64,000 bases of DNA, taken from positions 124,001 through 188,000 of the forward strand of contig RSEE01000010.1 of NCBI GenBank assembly GCA_003971905.1, in the 5' to 3' direction. Below the pieces are notes generated by a model. The model worked only from the letters and a program-made list of their open reading frames with translations, did no database searches and was not told where the DNA came from. Both the position numbers and the translations under genes were made by a program. Within the stretch, counting starts at the first letter, position 1, and each line of letters starts with the position of its first letter. The DNA comes from Moniliella sp. 'wahieum'. Its lineage: Eukaryota. Below are positions 28,028 through 41,911 of this stretch, in pieces.

Positions 28028-28225
28028 CAGTCATCTCCAGCGGCGCATTACATTGCCACCCGCCGGGTTAGGTAAGGGCGCATTAGGCCTTAGGTAAGCT
28101 GCGCGCTCGGGCATTGAACGTTCAAGCGGGCATGGGCCGCCTCGCCCTTCGCCTCGACTCCATCCCATCTCCACCCATCCCCTCCCTCTCCACCTGCCCG
28201 CCGTCGGCCCCCGTGGGAAGGCGCC

Positions 28226-30164
28226 ATGGACCCCCCCACCCGCGCCATCGAGCTTCCTCCGCACAGCGAGTGGCGCTTCGAGCTCGAGAAGGGCGAGCAG
28301 ATCTGGATCCGCGCCCATCCCGGCGGCGACGCTGACGTCTTTGGCGCCGAGCTTGTCCCGGGCCCCGACCGGTGGTATCCGTTTGGCGATGAGGCCAAGG
28401 CCGCCGTCTCCACCTTCCGCGGCGCGACGATTGATGTCAAGGGCACTGCTCCACCGACTACATAGCCCCGGACGTCTCGCCCGCACGGAGGTGTACAGCA
28501 ACATCCACCTCGCCCTTGAACAACAGCGTCTCCAGGCCCGTGCTGCCTTGCGCGCCAACCAGGGCGCGCTCATCAAGCAACTCGCCGATGCAGAGTGGCA
28601 ACGACTGCAACCCCCCGCCGTCGGGCGAGAAGCAGGACCTCTACTCGCCCGCCGGACAGGGCCCTCGTGTGTTGGTCGTAGGTGGCGAGGCAGCAGGCAA
28701 AACTTCGGTGGCCAAGCGCTTGGCCAATTATGCCCTGCGCAGCCCCGCTCTCACCTCCACCCCGTCCACTTCGCAGCACGATACAGCCTCCCGATCGCCC
28801 AGGCCAGGATGATGGCGATGCGCATGTGGATCAAATTACTGGGTGGTGGCCAACAATCATCAGCCTCGATCCTTCTACTGTACGTGCTTGTCCCCCGCCT
28901 TGCCTTCATTTGATTTTCTTTTTTTTCGCAAGGCTAACTTCCTTGTTCTACTCCCTCCTTTTCCCATCTCTCTGCATCAGGGTGCGGTTCCTTGCCCGGC
29001 ACGATATCTTCGGTGCCGCTTGCCCCCGTCCCGTTGCCCATGCTTTCGTCTGCATCGCCAGCGCTGCCGTTTGGCGTGTTTGGACAGACGACCGGGTACC
29101 TCGTGCCGAGTGCGGCGGTGGGCAAGAGCGTAGCACCCTTGACCCTTTGGTATGGCCACAAAGACCCAAGGGAGAACGAGGCTCATTTGCAGCAAGTCAT
29201 TCATCAGTTGGCCCAGCTCACCGAACGTCGCTTGGCGCGCGACCCTCGTGCCCGCATGAGCGGCTTGATCCTCGATACACCCGGCGTCACACGGCAGATG
29301 GGCGGTCGAAGTATGCTCTGATTCAACATATTGCCAAATCGTTCCATGGTGCGCACTCATTCTTGCCGATTTGGCTGTTGGGAAATGTAAAGACACTGAC
29401 AGGATTTTCTCTTTTTTTCCCTTTTTTCTTCTTCACGTTGGTACAGTCGATGTCATCCTTGTTCTTGGCCACGAGAAGCTCAATATTGAGTTGACTCGTG
29501 CTCTGCCGGGAATCAAGGTGGTCAAGATCCCCAAGAGCGAAGGCGTGGTGGAGCTGGACGAGTTGTACAACGAACGGGTGGAAGCCCTCCAAATTCATAA
29601 TTACTTTTACGGTACTCCGGCCCAAGCTGGTACGGGCGGGATGGAAGGCTTGGGCGACGTACCAGACCTCCGAGCGTTTTCTTCCACATTGAACTTGGAC
29701 TTGCTCGAAGTATACCGTGTTGGTCAGGGCGCCTTGGCACCCACCTCGGCCTTGCCCATCGGCACCTCTCGCACCGTCACAGCAACCCAACTTACCAAGC
29801 TCAATCAGGCAACCGATACAGAAGACCAAAACGTCATCACAACAATCTCTTGGCTCTGCTCCAACCGCCACGCGACGGTGGAGGACCCGGTAAAAAGGAT
29901 TCAGAGGTGGACCCGCCACCGTCCGAGGAAGAACTGATTGGTGCGCCCGTCTTGGGCTTTATTGCCATGTACGTACTTTCCCGTTACTTACCCTGGCTTG
30001 CGACGACATGCGCTGAGAGGGATAACTGACGTTTCTGGTGGTGTGGCGGCGGTGCAGTACCGGCGTCGACGCGGCAGCGCAAGATGACGGTGTTGGCGCC
30101 CATGTCGGGCCGTCTGCCCAGCAAGACAGCCATGGTGGGAGACTTGGACTGGCAAGATGCCTAA
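28226..30164 (+). CDS. CLP1: Clp1 polynucleotide 5'-kinase / mRNA 3'-end processing factor (about 3 introns)
   Basis: 'ELPPHSEWRFELE..GDADVFGAEL', P-loop 'GPRVLVVGGEAAGKTS', 'PLTLWYGH', 'SGLILDTPG', 'VILVLGHEKL', 'ALAPTSALPIG', ending 'LDWQDA*'. Confidence 0.95.
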
Positions 30165-30590
30165 GCGTTGGTGGGAACCGCCCCACCCTCGCTTGTCGCT
30201 CAGCAAAGCCAAGGCGCCTGAGCATACAACTTCCCCCTCTCGTCTCCCTCGACAAGACGCAGGGCAGTAGAGATACGTTCAGAAAACAAGAACCTAATCT
30301 ATTCTTCTCGGGAGCCACTCTGTTCCTTGATGTCTGTCTTCTAGCGAACTCGGGGGTGGGGTGGCTGGACGTGCAACGCGATCCGCTATAGTCCTATGGG
30401 GAGGCACTTCTGTGCTACTGTGTAAGTTGTTGTAGTGTGGTGTATAGTGGAGTGGAGTGGAGTGAAGTGGAGTGGAGTGTGCAAGATTCAAGATTAAAAA
30501 TATTCAGACCGTAGGAACCTCATCCAACCTCCCAACTGCCTCCCGGCCATGGGGCCAACCGGCCGGATCGGACGGGTGCACGTCCGTGCC

Positions 30591-33101
30591 TTAGCAGTTG
30601 GGGGTAAGCCAGTCGAAGCGCACCCACGCATCAATCACGCGCGAGTCGGCAATCTGGTTGACCCATGCGCGCGCCTCGAGCAGCAGGTAAAACCGAATCA
30701 TGGGCAACAGTTTCTGTACGTTCTGCAGCTCGTCCGCGTTGGGCAAGTGTGGGACAAGACCTCGTCGTCAATGACAGTTTGGACCGAGATCTCTTTGCCG
30801 ACGAACGGAGTACGGGGAGGGAGCGGGCAAAGACGTCCAACTCGGGGTCCAGTTGCCCCAATCCCTTCCAATAAGAGAATGGAGAGAACCGTGTTGATAA
30901 AGTCGGCTTCCATCTTGACGTGGTGCCGACGGACCAAGGTCAACGTTTGCGACAACAAATCGCCAATCTTGATTGCTCCCAATTTAAACGTGGATTGACG
31001 AACGCGGTTGAGCAACTTGGACATCTTGTCTTCAAACCCGGCTTGGTCAACGACCAAGTTAGGGAACCGAGACCGTTCGGCCATCAGCTTGGCTGCCAAC
31101 GGCCCATCAAACGAGGCAATCGCAGCAAATAGGTCGATAAAGTTTTGTCGGTTTTGCCCCGACAGTTGCACGTCAGCCCAGCATCGAGCAAAACGAGTTG
31201 GGGCAGGTACCCAGCTAGGTCCAGACGCGCCAGTTCTCGGCCCAAGACGTTCCGCTGGGCTGCTTGGCCGCCCGCCGAAGCGTATCTGCCACCTCGTCGT
31301 CCACCAACTCCTCCTCGTCCCACTTGTGTTCCGCCTTAGACGCCGCCGGGCATAGTCCGGGTCCCACCGCGCCATCAGGCGCACCAACAAGTCCTTCAAC
31401 ATTGACTGCGTCGTCGGCTTGTAGAACTTGACCATAATGTTCCCGGGGTGCATGTCGGCGTGGGTAAAGTTATCACGAAGGAGCATGTTGAGGAACGTGT
31501 CGAGACCAATGTCGGCCAGGCGATGATCAAACGGACCGGGCTGCCCGCGCGCCGTGTGACTCAACACGTCGGTCAACGGTACAGCATTCTCCCACGTCTC
31601 AATCAACAGTTCTTGGTGGTAAACTGCACCAGCGGCTCTGGGAACGTCACGGCCGACCGGCGCCGGGCAAAGTTGCGGGTAAATTGTAACAAGTTTTCGG
31701 CTTCGTTGCGCAGATCCAACTGGCTTAGCATCATCCCTGCAAACACATCCACCTCTTCTGGTAGACTGAGCCACTCGGCCCCAGGAAGCAAGTTGATGAG
31801 TCGAGCAAAGAAGGACATGATCTTAATGTCGCGTACGATCGTGCGGTGCACATGGGGATGCAATACCTTGATGGCCACAAACCAGTAAACACAGGCTCGG
31901 GAGGCGCATCCTGCTCAAACGGCGCAGCCAATTGCCGTCCAATCCGCTGCACCTCCTCGCCCAAGGGACGCGTAAGTTTCTGCACCTTACTCGCGTCCGG
32001 TTCGCCTGCTCCGGTCGTCCACCACGTCCACCACGCCGTCCTTCCCGCTCCCACTACGCCACCAATGCGCCCGGTCGTCCGCTTGCGCCAACACCGCTGT
32101 ATCCACCTTGGGAGGAGGCACCAGGTCCGCACGCAGTTGCGCACTATACACTTGCGCACCGCACCTACCCCCATCGGCGTCGGATCCAACCGCTCGAAAA
32201 TCGTCTCCAGCTTTCGCCCACAAACACGCGCTCAATCACACGACGCGTATACGCCATACTGTGCGGACGCCCATTCGCGTGCAACTTGCCAAACGCCTCA
32301 ACAGCGCGGGCGGGAACAGGTCCGACGCGACCGGCCCATTGGCCCAGCTGCACACACGTCAACCGCAAGTGCAGGTCAAAAGGTCAGCGGGATGGACTTA
32401 CTGCCAGCACACTCGACAAGCAAGTGAGAGGGAGAGGGGGAGGGAAGGGAACGTACCTTGACAAAGGTGGGCCGGCGAGTTCGAGGGCACACGAGGAGGC
32501 GGTACCAAACCAGTGCGCCGTACCGTGGGCCATCGAGATGACCCAGGTGGCCCACGCGGCGGGATCGTCCATATCGGCGGGCGAGGCGGCAGTGACAGGG
32601 CCGAGGAAACAGATGGGCGCACTGATCAAAACGGGGAGGAAGAGGCAGACCAAATACACAAACCGGCCCGCCGTGCCCAGCGGTTCCCACACAAACGTGA
32701 CCCAGGTCACACGCAGTTGGTTGCCCAGCGTGCGCAGAGGTAACGACCAGCTGCGCTGGCGCGCTTGGCTCTCCTCTTGCTCCGAGAGCGTAGGCGCGTA
32801 CTTTTTGATTGTCTCCTCGTTCAGATGGCTCCAGGGCGAGAAGTTGTCCGCGTCAGGCACGGGGGGGGGCGGGGTGCTCCGAGCGGGTGAGCAGAGAGTA
32901 CAGCGCGAGCGAGCCAGCGCCAGCGGCGCCGGACAGAAGATACAGTCGCCAGGAGGAAGAGAGACGAGGTGGCGGGAAGAGGTGGAGTGGCAGCGGGAGA
33001 ACGGGGGCGGGCGCAGCAGGCTGGATACGGGGCGGGGAGGCAGGCGAGCGGGAAGGCGCAGCGCGGGCGTGCGCAGACGCCCGCACAGGCGACACACGCA
33101 T
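30591..33101 (-). CDS. ABC1/UbiB atypical kinase, ADCK2 (yeast Cqd1/Ypl109c)-like, mitochondrial
   Basis: 'GPTFVK', 'AIKVLHP', 'WLSLPEEVDVF..QLDLRNEA', 'NFTHADMHPGNIMVKFYKP', 'LDAGL', 'ILLLEGIG', ending 'FDWLTPNC*'. Confidence 0.93.
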
Positions 33102-33609
33102 GCCACAGACCCACCGAGGGAAGAGCAGAGGACAGGAGGGCGGCGGCGACGGCGACGGTAACGACGACGGCGACAGCGACGACGACGGTGACGACGACGG
33201 CGACAAGGGCGACGGCGACGGGACGAGCAGCCAAGCAAGCAACTCAGTATTCAGTCGAACAAAGCATGACGTCACGCCGCCTCGCCTCCAGATCGACATG
33301 CGTCGTGCGTTTGAAACTTGCACGCCGCCGTCGCCACACTGCGCCCGTGCGCCCCGCCGCCGCCCTCACGCGTCGCCCACACACTGCCCCCGTGCGTCCC
33401 CGGGAGCGCGCGCGCCGCCCGTCCCACCTGCAGCACAGCAGTGTGAGGTGGCAGCTTCCCAGACCCACGCGGGCAGTGTGTGGCGCGCCCGGTGTACGTA
33501 AGCCGCCGCCGCCGGCGCCCCTCGAGCCAGCCGGCCAGCTGAGTGCCGCAGCTGCTCCACCACCACCACCGCCTCCTCCACCTCCACCACTGCCCCCCCC
33601 CCCCCCACC

Positions 33610-34260
33610 ATGGACCGTATCCGCGAGAAGCTCAACTCCCTCCGCGCCGAGTGCGATGCGGCGGTTGCCCGTGCCGAGGAGAGCGAGGCCAAGGTCAAGG
33701 AACTGGAGCACTCCAACCTCAAGGCTGAGCAGCAGATCGCCTCGCTCGAGCACCAAGTCCAGGTCCTCGAGGGCCAGCTGGAAGACACCGAGTCCAAGCT
33801 CAGCTCCCACAAGCAGGCCGCCGAGGAGGGCGAGGCATCGCGTGGCCACGCCGAGTCTCTCAGTGTCAAGGTCGCCCAGCTCGAGGCTGAGCTCGACGCG
33901 GCGGAGACCAACCTTCGTGAAGTGACTGAGAAGTACGTTGTTTGCTCCCTCTCCCCTACTTGGTTTTGTTTTTGCACACTTGTTCTGCTCTGCTGCACTG
34001 TTCCATATGCTCTGCTCTGCTCCTCTGTACCCTCCTTTTCGCTTGCGCCTCTCTCTCTCTCTGCTGCTTGAGAGCAAAACTGACCTTTTATTGCTTAGGC
34101 TGCGTGTGACGGACGTGCGTGCCGAGGGCCTAGAGCGCCAACTGACGTCGTTGGAGCAAGAGCGCGAGAACTGGGAGCACAAGTACGAGAGGCCCAGGCC
34201 AAGTACTTGACCAGCAAGCAAGAGCTGGACGAGGTGGTGCAACAGATGGAGAGCCTCTAA
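33610..34260 (+). CDS. TPM1: Tropomyosin (intron 33933-34098)
   Basis: MDRIREKLNSLRAE...LEAELDAAETNLREVTEK|LRVTDVRAEGLERQ...ELDEVVQQMESL*; ~160-aa fungal tropomyosin coiled coil. Confidence 0.95.
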
Positions 34261-35704
34261 GCCAAGACGTGGATTTCCGGGAGACAAAAGAGCTCGACCA
34301 AGGGAGGCATCCCTTCCCTTGCGTTTCATTCCCTCCGCTGCGCTCGCTCTCGCGTCCCAGTTCCGCCCTCCCCTCCTCCCCAGCTGGTTTGTCACGCTGC
34401 CCCTGCAGTTGGGATCGGGGCTGGGCCGATGCCTCCCCCCCTGATTGGCCCGTGGCCCTGTTATGGGCCCGGCCTGTTTTGTACCCATGTCTTGGTCGTG
34501 CCTTCCAATCCACCCCTTTCCACCACCTTACCCTGCTGCGTACACACAGGCCATGCCCCTGTCCCGTTGCCTCCCCAACCCGTAACCTCTGTGCCTAGGT
34601 TTGCTTGTAGCCCCTGCAGACCCCAGCCAGCAACCACATCGTTCCTGCGTCCTGGGAGTGTGCATGTTATGTGAGCCGACGACTGAGACTGAGATGCTTC
34701 CCCAGAAAAGGTAGCATGTTCCCGACGCGGGTCGAATGGGGCTTTGTTCTTTGAGTTGGGAGGGGGCGGGCCTTGAGGCGGGACAGTAGCAAGTAGTTAG
34801 CCTCCTTCCGCTAAACCTGGCAGTTTGAGACGTTTGGGCCGATGTGGGATTTGAATCGGGGTGGAACGTGGATACTGAGTCTTGAGTACTGAGTACTGAG
34901 TACGCTTCATACGGTAAGTGATTTCGCGTGGGTTTATATATACTTTTTGTCTGGTCCGAGCATGCCCGACGATCGATCTCTTTGGCCACACCAAACGCTC
35001 TCCTCCCCCGGGCATGCGAGACCAACGAGAGCAACACCTCCTGGACACAGGGGCGCGTGCACATGTGATGCATGATGACGGAGCGGGCGGATGGATGGGA
35101 TGGGAGGGGGGATGGAGGACCGACGTGGGAGACGGTGCGAGCTGGATCGGGCGGAGGATGATCGTCTGACAGCTAGGATGGCTCTGGGATATGACTCGTG
35201 GGAGATGATGAGGATGTGGTTGGGGATGGGGATGGAGATGGAGATGGGTGTGGGGGCTGATCGGCCCGAGGAGACGGGGCAGGAGGGAGCAAGAGGGGAG
35301 CGGCCGTCTGGATAACGCGTACCGAAGCTTGACGCGTGACGCGTGACGCTTGACGCTTGACGCTTGGGGGCCGGGCAGCGCGGCACAGGGCAGTGTGCAT
35401 GCCAGGTGCCCTGGGATGACAGAATTCAGCAGCCGAGGCACTGCACCAGCGGAGACGCGTGTCGCACGGGGGCAGTGCGCTGCGCGAGCCGCCAGCCGAG
35501 GGCGGCAGGGGGGGGTGCGGCTGCGGTTTCCCGCGGCGGTGCACACACACACTGCCCGTGTGCCGGGGACAGGGGCGGCACGCGGGCGGCGCGGCGGCAG
35601 TGGCGGTGGGCGTAGACACACCAACATGCACTCGCCCAGCCCGACTTGTATGCGGTGGGCACCACTCCAGCCGCCCCGAGCAACACCTCCTCCTCGCCGC
35701 CGCC

Positions 35705-38700
35705 ATGTCCCCCCCGCCCTCCGCTGCGCTCGACGACGAGTCGGACCGCACGCCCTCCCCCATCTTCGCCTCCGGCGGCGCCCTGTCCGACCTCGACGAC
35801 GACCACCTCGCCCTCCCCACCCCCGGGCCCTCCGGCGAGGACATGCACCGCATCTCCGCCGACTGGCCCGAACTCGCCCAGCTGCGCGCCAGCACCGCCC
35901 TCCTCACCGCCTCCGACGTCGCCTCCATCGCCACCCAGCTCGACCACACCACGCTCCAGGGCAGCGGCACGCTCCCCGACCTCGAACCAGCGCGCCTGCT
36001 GCGCCATGTCCAGGTGCGCGACCGCCAGGTCCAACTCCTCGAGGCCCAGCGCGACTCGATCCGTTCCGCCGCCCTCTCGGCCTTGGCCAGCGCCAGCCTG
36101 CAGCTCGAACGTGCGGTGCAGGTCGAGCGTGGGCAGCGCGCACGCGTCGAGGTCGAGCTTGAAGGCGTCAAGAAGCAGGCCATGATGCTTAGCCAGCGCC
36201 TGGGCCAGAGCGAAGCCCTCAACCAGCAGCTCAAACGCAAGCAGAAGGAGACGGTCATTAACGAAGTCTCCGCCCACGTTGCCCTCTGCGGCCAGGCGAC
36301 AAGGGAATCCTGCCACTACCACCGCCGCCACCACTACCCCCGCCACCGCCGCCAACGCCCCCCCCACAACAACAACAACAACACAATCTTCCCCCCGCAC
36401 CACGCCCGCTCCCGGACCAGCTCTCGCAGGCCTGTCCCCAGCCCTCACTCTTGCTACCCCCCCCCGCCACACCCAACACACCCCAACCCCGGCCAGCGCC
36501 AACCCCCCCGACGACCGGATGAGCATTAGCCCGCCCTCGCTCAGATCCCGGCCCTTCCCTCCAGTCCCCTGTGAGTGTGCATACCGCCGAGACGCCTACC
36601 CTTCAGCCCGTGCCCCAGTAGTACTATTCTCTGCTCTTTTGGAAGCACTGTGTTTGGCTGACCCGCGCACAGGATGACACCCATCCCACCTCGCCCATCT
36701 CGTCCATCATCAAGGACCGAAACAAGTTGCTGGCAGACAAAAAGTTCTTAAAGGCGCGCGTGCGGGACGCCGAGCTCAAGTGGAACGCATGCAGCACGAG
36801 CTGGAACTCTTGCGCGGCTTTATGGTGCGCAGCGATGGTAAACGGGTAAATGGTGGTGGTGGTGCAATTACGGCGTTGTGGACGCATCGTCCATCCCCGA
36901 TGGACCCGCTGGTGCACGTTTGCGCGCCAAGGAAAAGGCTCGGCGCAAGAAAGTGGCTGTGATGGGCGATGCCGAGGCCGAACATTTACTCCTCGCGGCC
37001 AAGACGCTGCGGGAAAAGGAAAAACGGGATTTGCAGCGACAAGACGAATCAAGGAGAGGAGAACGTGAAATTCGAAGGGCCGTCGCAGCCGCGGCGTACC
37101 CGCCTCTGGAACGACGCAGACGCGAACCAGCGCCGTCAGAGCCAGCACCGCCCGGGCACCCGAACTGGCGGCAGTGGCGGCGGCGAACATGCTTCCCCTC
37201 TGCCTCGGACACCGGATAAGAATGGCGTGTACGCGGCGCCCGTCTGTCGCCGTCCCGCGTGCGGCGGCCGGTGCCCACCACTCCGTACTCGGCCCATGCA
37301 CTGCAGCTCGTTTCCCACCCGAGCCGTACGCGCGCCCCGTCGCGCTAGTCCCCAGTGGCCCTCGACCTCCCGCGTCGACCCCACAGTGTGCCCCTCGGCT
37401 CGTCGCCGTATGGCTACACCTCTAGTCCCACGAGGGTCGATTGGCATGGGTATGGCGCAGTCGGGCATTGATGGCCTGCTGCAAGCAGCCCATCTGGTTA
37501 CCCCCGGGCGGTACCCGCGTGCCACGCGCTCCATACAAGGATGACGAGGTAGCAACCAGTGCGTCGCCCAAACGAAGGCGTGTCAACTCCTCCACCCCAC
37601 GCCAGTCCGAACCTCGTGCTCCTCTCCCTTTGTCCACCGGAGGAGTTTCGACTCACCTTCCCGTCCACCGCTGCGCTCGCCCCACTCCCAGGTCCATCGG
37701 CCCCACCTGCCCCATCCCACCTCCCATTCCCAGGACCAACGAGGCGGCTTGTCCGCCCTGGATGTACTGGCAGATCAAGCGGCTGCGAGCCAACACCCGT
37801 CCCAAACTTCCGATTGGTCCGGCGCAGCGGTACCGACGAAGATGCCGATCGGCGCAACCGGACCCGTACCTCCTCCTTACTACCCGGCCCAATCTTCCCT
37901 CCCCCACCGCTACCCACTGCCAACCCTCCCGCCTGGGTACTATCCTGGTGCCCCGTACCCCGCGCCCTCCGTATGGAATGTACAGGCCGCTGCGCCGCGT
38001 CGTCGTGACGAGTAGTGTGCCTCCAGTGCCGGTGCTTCGGTCCTGGTCCCGTGCCACCGCGCCTGCCGGAAGAAGGATCGCCAGCGAAAAGGGTCGGAAA
38101 CAAGATCCGACGGTCCGACGCGTTCCCTACATTCGTTGACCGAGCCGGAAGATCGCAAGTTGCGCGCGGCGATCAAAGAGTATGGTCAACGCTGGGAACT
38201 CATCTCGCGCGCGGTGGGTACACGCTCTTACCACCAGTGCCGACAACGGTACCTCCTCATGCGCAGGAAAGAGGCGGCGCAACAAGGTCACTCGCTCGCC
38301 AACCATCCTCGCTTGGATGCCGATCGCGTCGGCCCCTACTACGAAGAACCCGAGTCCAAGTCGCCCCCTGCCCCGCCGGGCGGCCAAGAGGGCAAAGAAG
38401 GCGAGAGTCAAGGCGAGGGCGAACAGCGGCGAGACCACGCGCACGAAGAAGGTGCAGACGCAGGGCAAACGCACAAAGGGACGAAGGGAGCGAAAGCGCA
38501 AGGGCAAGTGGGAGAGAAAGGGAGATGAGGGGGAGAATATCAAGTCGGACTCGCTCGACCGGATCAGTGGTCAGAGGACGAGTTGGCCGAGGCAGAGGCA
38601 GCGGCTGAGGCTGAGGCAGAGGCGGAAGCCGAGGGAGAAGCGCAAGCGGCTAAGGCTGCGGCTGCGGCACAGGCAGACGCTAAGGCTAAGGCAGAGCACG

Positions 38701-38882
38701 GTGCAGCCTCAACGACGACGGCAGAGGAAGATGGGGACGTGACGATTCGTCGTGCGCCGGTACGCGAACCCAGGCACGAGCGCGGGGTAAGCGACATCAT
38801 CTCACGACCTCTTGCCCCCGCCTTCTCCGTTGCACAGGGACGGTACGGGTGGAGCAGGGTCGATTGTGGCGGGGCGCCGTAG
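35705..38882 (+). CDS. Coiled-coil protein with a C-terminal Myb/SANT domain (intron ~36571-36673)
   Basis: 'EPEDRKLRAAIKEYGQRWELISRAVGTRSYHQCRQRY' at ~38136-38260. Upstream coiled-coil ORF pieces are joined by indels; the single-gene model is inferred. Confidence 0.75.
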
Positions 38883-40218
38883 GTCGCACAATCGCACCGT
38901 CGCTCCATCACCATTGTACACTATTAGTGCCCCTAGGGCGCATTTTCTTGATTCACACCACCGCGAGGCGAGGAACGAATGCATTCTGTGCTGCTTTTCT
39001 TTGTTCCGTACCTCATCCATTCAATCATCTGCTGCTGCACCCCCAACGGACATTCAAAGGATAGAACCAACCCCGCACCGCTGGTGGCAGTATAGAAGCT
39101 GGATGCGATGGTAACTTAAAAACGAAAGATGATATCTGAGATCTGAGATGAGACCGTCCTGCCTGCTCCACCCAGCTGAGAAACGAAGAAGAAAGAATGC
39201 TGGAGTCACTACTACAGTCACTAGCCATGTCTCATGATCTCATGAGCCGCGGACAAGGCCGGGGTCAGAGTGGTCTCGGTCAAAAGCTCTCAATATATCC
39301 AGACGCGCAGTCCGCAGTCCGCAGTCCGCAGTCCGCAGTCCGACGACGTCCGACAACTGAGATATTGAGGTTCGACGTTCGACGGTACACCCTGTCCAAC
39401 CGCTGATCTCCTGTTGCCTCGGACTTGCGGGGATGCCCGCGGAACCTCCAGGCCGCCAGCCACTAGTTCGCAGACACCACAAATTCCCCAATGGCCTGAA
39501 CTCCCCCGCTTAGCGCTTATCAGCCTCGGGCCTCATGCATCATGCCGCAGCAGGTGCACGGACCTCGTCGCTTGTGTTTCCTCTTTTTCCCTTTCCCTTT
39601 CCACGTGCTCTTCGTGCTCAGGATGTGGCAATCTGACCGCCCCTGAAGCCAGCTCATGTCTGACTCCAACGATCTGATGCGCTGTGCGACTGTGACCCAC
39701 GGGGTCACAAATCATCTTGTAATCAGATCCCCTCGACATGAACGAGAGCGAATCGGACTGCGAACACACAGGAGCACAGACACAGGCGCAAGCGCTATTC
39801 GCGCGAGACAGCGGCCTCCGACCGAAGACTGAGTACAGTCGCAGAGAAGACCGGTCTGGGACAGTCGCTCTCCTCTCTCCACGCATCCCACCAGACCTTA
39901 GCCACACGCGCACCGAAGCCTCGAGAGAGACAAGGACCGGACCAGTGCACGGCCCATCCTCTCTCTTGCTTGTGCAACGCTGTAAGAGACACGTTGCTCC
40001 GTAGCATCGAGAGTTGCTAGTTGCTGTGCTTCCCCCGTGTCAGGACCCAATACCAGCGAGTATCCTCTCTCCGCAGTCAGGGTGTTTCCATCCCCAACTC
40101 TGGCTAGTAGGCTACATATGTAGGCGTTCCTGCTGCGTCTCTCCTCCTTTTGCTCTCCTCGTCATCTTCCCACCCGCGTCCGTCTGACTTCCTCTCTGCC
40201 TCATATCCGCTGTCGACC

Positions 40219-41418
40219 ATGTCGCTCGCCCAGACCCCGTTTCGCCTACTCAGAGGCAGCCGCCTTCTCTTGTCCCCACCAGTCGTCACCACTATCACTT
40301 CATCGGCGATGCCACTCAGGGGTTGCCGCGCCTTGTCGTCGTTGCATTCTTCGCCGCCTGCTTTAAGCACGCGCCGCGACCTGACACGGAGGCGGGCAAT
40401 GTCATTCTCGCCGGTGCGGCCGTGAGTAACGCCGACGATTATTATGAGCAGCGCCTACAGCAGTGGCTGAAGCGTTGGACAAACGTATTGGATGAAACCA
40501 CTGTCCGAGCCCTGTTGGCGACTTCCAAAGCGTCCTTGACACTGGGCAACATTGCTCGTTCCGAAGCCTTCCACAACCATTTTCTCTTGGCTGACGAAGC
40601 TGCATCATGCCCCGATCACATCACCACGCCTCAGGATTTCGCCCGGTTCATGTCGTTGGATGTAGACATTACCCGCTCTCATGGCATCTTTCCCATGGGC
40701 GTGTCCCTATCGATGGGAAAGTTTCTCCAGACCCAAGTACGCCTCATGGGCGCACGCCGTGTCCTGGAACTCGGCACGTTGGGTGGATTCTCTACGTTGT
40801 GGCTCGCCTCGGGCGTAACTGCACAACCTCTTGGTGGGGGCAATGGTGCTCGCTCCAACGGAGCAGCCAAAATGGTCACACTGGAGCTCGACCCGGCGCA
40901 CGCCAAAGTGGCGCAGGCCAACTTTGACTTGGCTGCCCGTTTGGGCGTTGCGCTGCCCCCCATTGATGTACGTGTGGGACCGGCGCTGGATACGCTGCGT
41001 GCCATGCCCACCCCAGCCACATCGGACGAGGCGTTTGATCTGATTTTCATTGATGCCGACAAGGAATCGTACCCTGAGTACTACGAAGAAGCCAAGCGTC
41101 TCTCTCGTTCAGGCGCTGTATTGGTACGTTCATACTGTCATCCCTCGTTTTCCCCTTTGTGTGCAGATGTGGATTTTGGGTGAAGAGAAGCTGACAGTTG
41201 ATGGAATGGGGGGTTGTACCACTACTTTCTCTGCCTTCTAGATCTTTGACAACATGAGTTTTGGTGGAAAGGTGAGCGACCCGGCCGTTCCAGACTCGGA
41301 ATGTGGTGGACAGCGCGGCGTTCTCAAACTTGCTGAGAAAGACGGTCTGGATGCCTATTCAATCCACACTGCCAACCCCAAGTCGGGCTTTGATGCGTTC
41401 ACGACGGTGGTGCTCTGA
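40219..41418 (+). CDS. SAM-dependent O-methyltransferase, family 3 (CCoAOMT/COMT-like), with a mitochondrial-type presequence (intron ~41124-41241)
   Basis: 'GARRVLELGTLGGFSTLWLA', 'VTLELDP', 'VGPALDTL', 'FDLIFIDADKESYPEY', 'IFDN'. Confidence 0.95.
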
Positions 41419-41911
41419 GCGGGGGCGGGGTGCTGTAGTATGGTACGCTTTATGAAGCTGCTGAACTTTCAACTCAATCATGGAACCAAACTATGTATTC
41501 CATTTCGCGACTCTTTTCACAAAAAGGCACCGCCTCAATGAGTTCTTAGCGCGTAGGTCTTGATGAGTGTTTGGGTTCTGACAGTCATCCCAATATTGCA
41601 TCAGGACGCAGTGGACCAACTACTTTGGGAGGTGTAATGGGGGGTCTGTATCCGCACGGCCTTATCCTTTTCGCCTCCGTCTTCTCTTCTATCTTCGCTT
41701 CTGTCTTCGCTTCGCCCTTCCTGTTTTCTGGTGCGGCGTCCATATTGCTGGACCCCTGTGTGCAACAGGTTATAGGGAGCGCACGCAACCCTAACCCCTT
41801 CGCCGACGCGATGAGGTCAGCTGAAATGTTCAGTGCATCCATGTTCACATCTGCCCTGTCGTCCTGCCGACCAAAAGTGCACTCCCCCCTCCAACTGCTC
41901 CCGGCTGCATC

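Noticed and set aside
39691..40090. Hairpin TGTGACCC-ACG-GGGTCACA as a Helitron end, or a solo LTR starting at 39718
   Set aside because: No CTRR terminus, no TSD and no second copy in the window.
41787..41797. Telomerase RNA template (AACCCTAACCC)
   Set aside because: It lies ~115 bp upstream of the RTF2 ATG with little room for a long RNA and no recognisable supporting structure; a promoter telo-box is simpler.
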